DNA from: Anthoceros angustus
Taxonomy: Eukaryota > Plantae > Anthocerotophyta
Assembly: GCA_010909165.1 (NCBI GenBank)
Contig: MU008158.1
Location: 575,252 to 639,251, forward strand
Reading direction: 5' to 3'
Length of the DNA stretch: 64,000 nt
Position 1 is the stretch's first letter, and the number at the start of each line of letters is the position of its first letter. Positions 51,501 through 62,174 of this stretch are shown one piece after another. A model generated the notes under the pieces. The model saw only the letters and a list, made by a program, of their open reading frames with translations. It had not been told where the DNA came from and made no database searches. The position numbers and the translations under genes were made by a program.

Positions 51501-54500
51501 GGAAAAATCCGGATCGGAAAATTAATGCACCAAATTCTCTAGAAAAGCGACAAAGCTTGCAGTGACGCTCAATAGTAGTGAGCGTTGAGACTTCTTATGG
51601 GCTTGTTGGTCGATTGACAAAACTCTATTGCAAGTGTTTTGTGTCCGGCGATTTAGATCGATCTTGCTCCACACGCATGTTACTTCGCCCTCCTTTGATC
51701 ATGACCTCATCCCAGGACTGTGGCATGTCGGGATTGTTTTGTCCCAGGAGTCATGACGCACGTGAGTGTCGCATCCCGGGAGTGGTGCGTCCGTGCGTGC
51801 GGTTGTTCCGTTTCACAATGTGGACTTAGTGGATGGGTGGACTTGCCTTTAGGCATTAATTACGTAGGCCTACAAAGATTTAACATCGGTCATCTTAGCT
51901 CTAGATGACGCTACGAGTTTGGTTTCGCATAATATTTAGTCCTAAGTATGGACATCATGCCCGCTCCTCTCATCCACTCTTCCCAACCTTCCTCATCTCC
52001 ATTGACACACGTGAAACCTTTGGTGCGCTTGCTTGGGAAGTCTTCAAAATCCGCAACCTCTTGACTACGGCGATGCATATGACTCCACGGAAGTTCCATC
52101 GTGTAGCCGTCAACGTCAAGATTGGTATCAAAACCACGCGAGGAACGTACTCGTGCACGCCGCATGCATGATTACCACGACTCGTGTTTGCATGTGATCA
52201 TCATTGTGATCTCTATGCTCGCGTAAGCGGCGGTGGCCGTTTGGAACATGGGGAACAATGGTCTCCTTGCGGACATCCGGTGATCGCACAATTGTAGATT
52301 CGTGAATTCCTAACTCATTGCGGTTGGATGTGCAACGATCGCAAATGATGCGCTTTACAATGCAATGCTTTTACTCTATCGTCACTGCCTACCTATGTAC
52401 TACAAAGTGAGACCAAGGTCCAAGGAAGAAAAAAATGAACCAATCACCGTATAACTTACGATATTTCAAGGCCCAAGAAGATATCCTCCACGATTGCTTG
52501 CGGCTTAATTGTTTGAATCACTTTGTGTTGCTGAAGTTTGCAATTGCCCGTCGATGCCACTCGGGTGAGTTTAGGGTGTACACCATCCCGGAGTCTTGAT
52601 GTGCGCAAGTGTCCCGTCCAGAGGAGTTGTGTATCGCGAGTGTTCCGCCCAAGGAATCTTGGCGCACGCAACGTGCCATCCCGGACTCTCGTGTACATGA
52701 TCCCTAGGACTCGACGCGCAGTGGAACGATAACTTTGAAGAAGGTTTTGACATAACGTATAAAAATATGGATTATCTAGCTAAATCCGGTTGGTTACATA
52801 GGACTTTGAGGCTCCTTGGCTTCCGTGAATAGAGTATTTCAACCGAGTTTTATAGCTAGTGACCATGAAGCGTTAATGCAATTGTAATGACTTCCTCCGT
52901 CGTACCATATGGTGATGGTACGTGAATCATTCTTGCGCTTTGGTGGGCTCATACGTCTAGGGCATGACACCGCCTCGCACTCCACATAAATGCGGATGGG
53001 TCGGTGTAGAACTGCTAGCATCGATCTCGAGTTCGCCGCCCCACTCCGTGCTCCTCTTCATCCTTTTGACATAGTCGGTGAAGTCCCCTTCGACTACATC
53101 CTCGTAAGTCCGCTTTGTCTTTCCAACTCGGCAACAGCCCGGCCGGAGGACGCCCGCCACACGCCTCGTCATCCAACGGTGGTTTCAACCATGGAAGTTT
53201 GAGGCTGCCACGAGCGGAATAGGCACTTGCCGTCCCGCAACGCGCCCAACTTCGTACTCATCTTGTTTGAGTATCCGAGTTCCTTTAGGTGCTACAAAGG
53301 GACCAAAAATAGTTGTCGGCGCCGCCTTTTCACGCTTGTTCACTACTTTTGATGGTGTACATGTGTCGCGTGTCTTTGTTCTCTTGCACGCTTTTGCCGC
53401 CTCCACCTTGGGCGATGCATCCAAGTCCCATAGTTTGCGTTTAACCCCAACGCGCCTCATCGATTCTCTTGAGTCGCAAGACTAGCTGCAATTTGTCTCT
53501 CAAGCTTTCAATGTTGCCAAGTCAAGAAAAACTTTGTGCCTAGTTTTAGAACCGGGGCCCTACTTATACCTTTGAGCTATAACGAACGCACCATGCTCCA
53601 AGGAGAAACATGTCCTTGACCTTCGACACATGTAGTTTTATTTAGAGAATGTCGACACATGTGATTTGGGGCATGAGAGGAAAAATCCGGATCGGAAAAT
53701 TAATGCACCAAATTCTCTAGAAAAGCGACAAAGCTTGCAGTGACGCTCAATAGTAGTGAGCGTTGAGACTTCTTGCGGGCTTGTTGGTCGATTGACAAAA
53801 CTCTATTGCAAGTGTTTTGTGTCCGCGATTTAGATCGATCTTGCTCCACACGCATGTTACTCCGCCTCCTTTGATCATGACCTCATCCTGTGGCATGTCG
53901 GGATTGTTTTGTCCGAGTCATGACGCGTGAGTGTCGCATCCCGGAGTGGTGCGTCTGCGGCGGTTGTTCCGCTTCACAATGTGGACTTAGTGGATGGGTG
54001 GACTTGCCTTTAGGCATTAATTACGTAGGCCTACAAAGATTTAACATCGGTCATCTTAGCTCTAGATGACGCTACGAGTTTGGTTTCGCATAATATTTAG
54101 TCCTTAAGTATGGACATCATGCCCGCTCCTCTCACCCCATCCACTCTTCCCAACCTTCCTCATCTCCATTGACACACGTGAAACCTTTGGTGCGCTTGGG
54201 AAGTCTTCAAAATCCGCAACCTCTTGACTACGGCGATGCATATGACTCCACGGAAGTTCCATCGTAGCACCGCAATCAACGCCCGAAGATTGGTATCAAA
54301 ACCACGCGAGGAACGTGTCTGCACGCGCATGCATGATTACCACGACTCGTGTTTGCATGTGATCATCATTGTGATCTCTATGCTCGTGCTCGTAAGCGGC
54401 GGTGGCCGTTTGGAACATGGGGAACAATGGTCTCCCTTGCGGACATCCGTGATCGCACAATTGTAGATTCGTGAATTCCTAACTCATTGCGGTTGGATGT

Positions 54501-57500
54501 GCAACGTCGCAAATGATGCGCTTTACAATGCAATGCTTTTACTCTATCGTCACCGCCTACCTATGTACTACAAAGTGAGACCAAGGTCCAAGGAAGAAAA
54601 AAATGAACCAATCAACGTATAACTTACGATATTTCAAGGCCCAAGAAGATATCCTCCACGATTGCTTGCGGCTTAATTGTTTGAATCACTTTGTGTTGCT
54701 GAAGTTTGCAATTGCCCGCCGATGCCACTCGGGTGAGTTTAGGTGTACACCATCCCGGAGTGCCGATGTGCGCAAGTGTCCCGTCCAGAGGAGTTGTGTA
54801 TCGCGAGTGTTCCGTCCAAGGAATCTTGGCGCACGCAACCGTGCCATCCCGGACTCTCGTGTACATGATCCCTAGGACTCGACGCACGAGTGGAACGATA
54901 ACTTTGAAGAAGGTTTTGACATAACGTATAAAAATATGGATTATCTAGCTAAATCCGGTTGGTTACATAGGACTTTGAGGCTCCTTGGCTTCCGTGAATA
55001 GAGTATTTCAACCGAGTTTTATAGCTAGTGACCATGAAGCGAGTTAATGCAATTGTAATGACTTCTCCGTCGTACCATATGGTGATGGTACGTGAATCAT
55101 TCTTGCGCGCTTTGGTGGGCTCATACGTCTGCGGGGCATGACACCGCCTCGCACTCCACATAAATGCGGATGGGTGTGTAGAACTGCTAGCATCGATCTC
55201 GAGTTCGCCGCCCCACTCCGTGCTCCTCTTCATCCTTTTGACATAGTCGGTGAAGTCCCCTTCGACTACATCCTCGTAAGTCCGCCTTTGTCTTTCCAAC
55301 TCGGCAACCCGGCCGGAGGACGCCCGCCACACGCCTGCCTCGTCATCCAACGGTGGTTTCAACCATGGAAGTTTGAGGCTGCCACGAGCGGAATAGGCAC
55401 TTGCCGCCTCGCAACGCGCCCAACTTCGTACTCATCTTGTTTGAGTATCCGAGTTCCTTTAGGTGCTACAAAGGGACCAAAAATAGTTGTCGGCGCCGTC
55501 TTTTCACGCTTGTTCACTACTTTTGATGGTGTACATGTGTCGCGTGTCTTTGTTCTCTTGCACGCTTTTGCCGCCTCCACCTTGGGCGATGCATCCAAGT
55601 CCCATAGTTTGCGTTTAACCCCAACGCGCCTCATCGATTCTCTTGAGTCGCAAGACTAGCTGCAATTTGTCTCTCAAGCTTTCAATGTTGCCAAGTCAAG
55701 AAAAACTTTGTGCCTAGTTTTAGAACCGGGGCCCTACTTATACCTTTGAGCTATAACGAACGCACCATGCTCCAAGGAGAAACATGTCCTTGACCTTCGA
55801 CACATGTAGTTTTATTTAGAGAATGTCGACACATGTGATTTGGGGCATGAGAGGAAAAATCCGGGATCGGAAAATTAATGCACCAAATTCTCTAGAAAAG
55901 CGACAAAGCTTGCAGTTGACTCAATAGTAGTGAGCGTTGAGACTTCGGGGCTTGTTGGGTCGATTGACAAAACTCTATTGCAAGTGTTTTGTGTCCGCGA
56001 TTTAGATCGATCTTGCTCCACACGCATGTTACTCCGCCTCCTTTGATCATGACCTCATCCCGTGGCGTGGCATGTCGGGATTGTTTTGTCCTGAGTCATG
56101 ACGCGCGTGAGTGTCGCATCCCGGAGTGGTGCGTCTGCGTGCGGTTGTTCCGTTCACAATGTGGACTTAGTGGATGGGTGGACTTGCCTTTAGGCATTAA
56201 TTACGTAGGCCTACAAAGATTTAACACGGGTCATCTTAGCTCTAGATGACGCTACGAGTTTGGTTTCGCATAATATTTAGTCCTAAGTATGGACATCATG
56301 CCCGCTCCTCTCACCATCCACTCTTCCCAACCTTCCTCATCTCCATTGACACACGTGAAACCTTTGGTGCGATTGCTTGGGAAGTCTTCAAAATCCGCAA
56401 CCTCTTGACTACGGCGATGCATATGACTCCACGGAAGTTCCATCGTAGCAGCTGCAGTCAACGCTGTCTGAAAGATTGGTATCAAAACCACGCGAGGAAC
56501 GTACTCCGTGTACGCGCATGCATGATTACCACGACTCGTGTTTGCATGTGATCATCATTGTGATCTCTATGCTCGTGCCTCGTAAGCGGCGGTGGCCGTT
56601 TGGAACATGGGGGAACAATGGTCTCCCTTGCGGACATCCGGTGATCGCACAATTGTAGATTCGTGAATTCCTAACTCATTGCGGTTGGATGTGCAACGTC
56701 GCAAATGATGCGCTTTACAATGCAATGCTTTTACTCTATCGTCACCTGCCTACCTATGTACTACAAAGTGAGACCAAGGTCCAAGGAAGAAAAAAATGAA
56801 CCAATCATCGTATAACTTACGATATTTCAAGGCCCAAGAAGATATCCTCCACGATTGCTTGCGGCTTAATTGTTTGAATCACTTTGTGTTGCTGAAGTTT
56901 GCAATTGCCCGTCGATGCCACTCGGGTGAGTTTAGGTGTACACCATCCGGAGTCTTGATGTGCGCAAGTGTCCCGTCCGAGGAGTTGTGTATCGCGAGTG
57001 TTCCGTCAAGGAATCTTGGCGCACGCAACCGTGCCATCCCGGGACTCTCGTACATGATCCCTAGGACTCGACGCGCGAGTGGAACGATAACTTTGAAGAA
57101 GGTTTTGACATAACGTATAAAAATATGGATTATCTAGCTAAATCCGGTTGGTTACATAGGACTTTGAGGCTCCTTGGCTTCCGTGAATAGAGTATTTCAA
57201 CCGAGTTTTATAGCTAGTGACCATGAAGCGGTTAATGCAATTGTAATGACTTCCTCCGTCGTACCATATGGTGATGGTACGTGAATCATTCTTGCGCGCT
57301 TTGGTGGGCTCATACGTCTGCGGGGCATGACACCGCCTCGCACTCCACATAAATGCGGATGGGTCGGTGTAGAACTGTATAGCATCGGGATCTCGAGTTC
57401 GCCGCCCCTCCGTGCTCCTCTTCATCCTTTTGACATAGTCGGTGAAGTCCCCTTCGACTACATCCTCGTAAGTCCGCCTTTGTCTTTCCAACTCGGCAAC

Positions 57501-59498
57501 AGCCCGGCCGGAGGACGCCCGCCACACGCCTTGCGTCTCGTCATCCAACGGTGGTTTCAACCATGGAAGTTTGAGGCTGCCACGAGCGGAATAGGCACTT
57601 GCCGTCCCCTCGCAACGCGCCCAACCGTACTCATCTTGTTTGAGTATCCGAGTTCCTTTAGGTGCTACAAAGGGACCAAAAATAGTTGTCGGCCGTCTTT
57701 TCACGCTTGTTCACTACTTTTGATGGTGTACATGTGTCGCGTGTCTTTGTTCTCTTGCACGCTTTTGCCGCCTCCACCTTGGGCGATGCATCCAAGTCCC
57801 ATAGTTTGCGTTTAACGCGCCTCATCGATTCTCTTGAGTCGCAAGACTAGCTGCAATTTGTCTCTCAAGCTTTCAATGTTGCCAAGTCAAGAAAAACTTT
57901 GTGCCTAGTTTTAGAACCGGGGCCCTACTTATACCTTTGAGCTATAACGAACGCACCATGCTCCAAGGAGAAACATGTCCTTGACCTTCGACACATGTAG
58001 TTTTATTTAGAGAATGTCGACACATGTGATTTGGGGCATGAGAGGAAAAATCCGGATCGGAAAATTAATGCACCAAATTCTCTAGAAAAGCGACAAAGCT
58101 TGCGCGGCGCTCAATAGTAGTGAGCGTTGAGACTTCTTGGGCTTGTTGGGTCGATTGACAAAACTCTATTGCAAGTGTTTTGTGTCCGGCGATTTAGATC
58201 GATCTTGCTCCACACGCATGTTACTCCGCCTCCTTTGATCATGACCTCATCCCGGGGTGGCATGTCGGGATTGTTTTGTCCTGTGAGTCATGACGCGTGA
58301 GTGTCGATCCCGGAGTGGTGCGTCGTGCGTCTGCGGTTGTTCCGTTCACAATGTGGACTTAGTGGATGGGTGGACTTGCCTTTAGGCATTAATTACGTAG
58401 GCCTACAAAGATTTAACATCGTCATCTTAGCTCTAGATGACGCTACGAGTTTGGTTTCGCATAATATTTAGTCCTTAAGTATGGACATCATGCCCGCTCC
58501 TCTCACCCATCCACTCTTCCCAACCTTCCTCATCTCCATTGACACACGTGAAACCTTTGGTGCGCTTGCTTGGGAAGTCTTCAAAATCCGCAACCTCTTG
58601 ACTACGGCGATGCATATGACTCCACGGAAGTTCCATCGTAGCAGTACAGCAAGCGTCAAAGATTGGTATCAAAACCACGCGAGGAACGTACTCGTGCACG
58701 CATGCATGATTACCACGACTCGTGTTTGCATGTGATCATCATTGTGATCTCTATGCTCGTGCCTCGTGGCGGCGGTGGCCGTTTGGAACATGGGGAACAA
58801 TGGTCTCCCTTGCGACATCCGGTGATCGCACAATTGTAGATTCGTGTGAATTCCTAACTCATTGCGGTTGGATGTGCAACGTCGCAAATGATGCGCTTTA
58901 CAATGCAATGCTTTTACTCTATCGTCACCGCCTACCTATGTACTACAAAGTGAGACCAAGGTCCAAGGAAGAAAAAAATGAACCAATCAGGTATAACTTA
59001 CGATATTTCAAGGCCCAAGAAGATATCCTCCACGATTGCTTGCGGCTTAATTGTTTGAATCACTTTGTGTTGCTGAAGTTTGCAATTGCCCGTCGATGCC
59101 ACTCGGGTGAGTTTAGGTGTACACCATCCGGAGTCTTGATGTGCGCAAGTGTCCCGTCCAGAGGAGTTGTGTATCGCGAGTGTTCCGTCAAGGAATCTTG
59201 GCGCACGCAACCGTGCCATCCCGGACTCTCGTGTACATGATCCCTAGGACTCTGACGCACGAGTGGAACGATAACTTTGAAGAAGGTTTTGACATAACGT
59301 ATAAAAATATGGATTATCTAGCTAAATCCGGTTGGTTACATAGGACTTTGAGGCTCCTTGGCTTCCGTGAATAGAGTATTTCAACTGAGTTTTATAGCTA
59401 GTGACCATGAAGCGGTTAATGCAATTGTAATGACTTCTCCGTCGTACCATATGGTGATGGTACGTGAATCATTCTGCGCTTTGGTGGGCTCATAGTTA

Positions 59499-59672
59499 GG
59501 AACGGACGCGCGGAGGGGCGTCACGGCCGAGAACGGTCGAGGCCGTTAGGCCGAGACCGTTCTAGGCCGTGCGCCCCGACGCGCGTCCGTTCCCTGGCGT
59601 AAGGGAGCGGCCGAGTCTGGGGCCGAGACGCGGCTCCACTCGACTGCAGACCGAGGCGGGAGCCGAGGTCTG
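59499..59672. other. GC-rich triple-hairpin module abutting the right end of the array
   Basis: 95-nt hairpin 59499-59593, hairpin 59604-59637, hairpin 59647-59672; base pairing checked by hand. Confidence 0.85.
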
Positions 59673-60116
59673 TTCGAAATTAAAGAGTTGTTGCTTGCAG
59701 TAACCAGGTTATACTTCTTTTTTCTCTCACTACGATGTAAGCACTTTCACATTTCTACAGTCTTGGTTTTACCATTCTTAAAGTGTTTTCTCTGCGAGAT
59801 GTTGCTCGTTATTAATCAGAATCCAGCATTGGCTAGATGTTAGCACATACGCAGTGTAGGATATGCTCCTTCTACCTCATTGCAGCGGAACACGCCAGGG
59901 TTGGCAAAGAATGACATCTGCAAGCGCACAACATTTGCAAAGCTGTTAGTTGAATGAAGTGAGTATGGCCAAGTTGCTTAGCTATCTGCACGAACTTCAG
60001 TGAACTTGCCTGCTTGTCCGCGTCCTCAAAGTCATCAGCATTAAACGGAGGCTGCAGAACACTGCAGAAGCACACTTAATTGCCACAGCCGGGACATGTT
60101 GTCAGGGGAAACTCAC

Positions 60117-60400
60117 AATGTTGACAAGTTTGTCAATGCCCTCCAAGATTCGGGAATGCGTCCCGTCAACAGGTTGTCGTCCAGCTGCCTGCGTTGAGAA
60201 AGGAATGCTCACAAACTGTCCCTTGGTTCCAGTCCACATTATCATCTTCCTTCATTTCCAGCTTCCTGCCCTGGAAAATGCTACAAGGGCATGCCCTAGC
60301 AATTTCTTCAGCCACATAGCCAGCGCCGTCTGCTGTAATCCCAGCCTGCACAATCAAGAGCTCAGAAACGAGCTAATCCTGCCTTACAGAGTGATGATGT
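60117..60400 (-). pseudogene. LRR receptor-kinase ectodomain fragments, including an exact 72-bp LRR exon (60188-60117)
   Basis: cgcag|G CAG CTG GAC...ACA TT|gtgag encodes QLDDNLLTGRIPESWRALTNLSTL; a degenerate LRR exon at 60345-60285 (LGLQQTAL..GYVAEEIAR) precedes it. Confidence 0.75.
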
Positions 60401-61697
60401 AAGGTTATGCACAGCCTTCGGAACCCACCATTGTCTCGATGCTCATTCAGCTAAATTCCCTATCAAACATCGAAGGAACATGCAAAATTTTGCGTTGAGA
60501 CGGTTTCTCCTTTCAAGGTGTTCATGCTACGATTGCCTACCTGCCAGATTCCGAGGTTCAACCTGCCGCCCGTGATTGGAATGGTCAAAGATGAACCCAT
60601 CATGGAAGCCTTAATATGTGCTGTGTCATGAGGACATAATAAGGCAGCAAGTTTAGAGGACCCTCTAAAACAATCAGCAGGATACAGAAGAATCACAAGT
60701 GCCCGCACCCACATACCAGGCATATCGTCAAGTCCTTCATCAAGATGCCGATAGAATTGGCCCTGTAGAGTCATGTAGTGTAGTTGTTACTGTGAACTTC
60801 AAAGACAGCTGCAACACAAGGCCCAAAGTTACATAGAGAGGATTGCAAAGCGCCACTTACTTGAGGGACAATTCTGTTCAACGTGTCCTCCATGTCCAGC
60901 GGACTTCTGGACTTGCGTTCTCATTTATGGTTAAACTTGCAGATGTGTGCATTACTAGTCAAACAGGCAGACACGAACCTGTGAGTATAATTGGAAAAGA
61001 CAACCGGTTCCCTTCTTCAGCAAAACAGTTGTGGGACTCACCGAGATGTGGGCAAGGCCGACTTTGAACTGACTTATTTCAGGAACAGCTCTGTATGTGT
61101 TGGGTGATGATGGCAACCCCTGAGTTGAAAGCTTCGGTGAAGTCAGGATCGCTTGCAATCCCCTCTGGCAATGTGTGCTGTTTGAAGACCTACCTCTTCA
61201 GCTGCAGCTCTACTGTTCGTTGAACCCACTCGGTTCTGAGGTTGATACTGGTGAAAAGTGTAGGTTGAGTTAGAGATGTGTGATGGGAGTAGCTTTGCGA
61301 CAACACAGATGGAAATAGCTACAAACCCAACACCTCATCAGCAATAAAGGAAATCGGGAAGCTCAGCTGATGGACAAACACACTCACAATTTCCGGTGCT
61401 TGCCTCACACTTCAAACCGTCGCGGAAGACTAGTCCAGCTGCATTGTGTATGTAAGCCCTGAACAGGAGGCAGCATCAGACCGCATGTGCGGCAAGAGCA
61501 TTCACGCAGTTCCTCCAGAGAAAAGATTGTGGGCATTCATCTGTCCAACCGCCAACTTGTTCAAGACAAACCTGGTTGCGACAGCTCCAGCGATACCGGA
61601 GTGGCAGAGGGAAGGAGGAACTGATGGCGGGGCAGGTAGTACGGAGACCAGAAGGAGATAGGAGCACACCGGGCCAAGCGCCAACCGCAGCTGCCAT
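60400..61697 (-). pseudogene. UPF0047/YjbQ-family gene, multi-exon with an N-terminal extension; disrupted as assembled and truncated at the 3' end
   Basis: WVQRTVELQLKR|GCH, AVPEISQFKVGLAHI, MHTSASLTINEN, LNRIVPQ|GQFYRHLDEGLDDMP|AHIKASMMGSSLTIPITGGRLNLGIWQ|GI*LNEHRD; several small deletions and TGG>TAG at 60451-60453. Confidence 0.8.
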
Positions 61698-61703
61698 GGT
61701 TTG

Positions 61704-62174
61704 CTAACTTTGCCTTAATCGTAAAAAGGAAGTGCAACTGAAGCAGCTGTTCAACCGGACAAATATTTGTGCACGGTACACGTCTCTCGCCAGCACCACA
61801 TCCGCCAGGGTCACCTCATCCCCGAAGCCGAACCTCCCGGCGCTCTCCGCCACCGTGCGCTCCAGCGCGGTGAAGCCCTCCAGGACGTAGCGCCGAGCCC
61901 AGGCGAGCCTGACCTGCTCCCCATCCCGGACCGCGACCTCCAGCAGCAGCTTGCCGTTCTGGAAGGGCTGGATCCCCGACACCACACGGCGAGCGCCACT
62001 GAGCTATATGGATGAGGATGAGGGCATAAAACACATGTCCGTGCTGCAGCGAGCTGAGACACCATACCTAAGAAGTGCCCACACCCATCTGAGGAAGTTG
62101 GGCGAGAGAGGAAGCTGGAGCGTGACGGGGGTGCCGTCACCGTTGGAGCCGATGGAGCGTGACGGCGGTGCCAT
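61704..62174 (-). pseudogene. Glutathione S-transferase zeta (MAAI)-like C-terminal fragment; exons 62174-62085 and 62003-61704, 129 aa
   Basis: VVSGIQPFQN...AWARRYVLEGFTALE..VAESAGRFGFGDEVTLADVVL matches GST-zeta helices; thioredoxin-like domain missing; 81-bp GT-AG intron in phase 0. Confidence 0.65.

Larger units (their letters stand above)
37309..59494. repeat. Head-to-tail array of a ~2.18-kb gene-bearing unit: 10 full copies plus a partial
   Basis: Marker ttatctagctaa at about 37381, 39576, 41753, 43932, 46267, 48438, 50595, 52772, 54941, 57130 and 59314; units are nearly identical apart from small indels. Confidence 0.98.

Noticed and set aside
37309-59494. Array as 5S or 45S rDNA, tRNA or snRNA cluster
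   Set aside because: No 5S, rRNA or tRNA sequence signature is recognisable in the unit.
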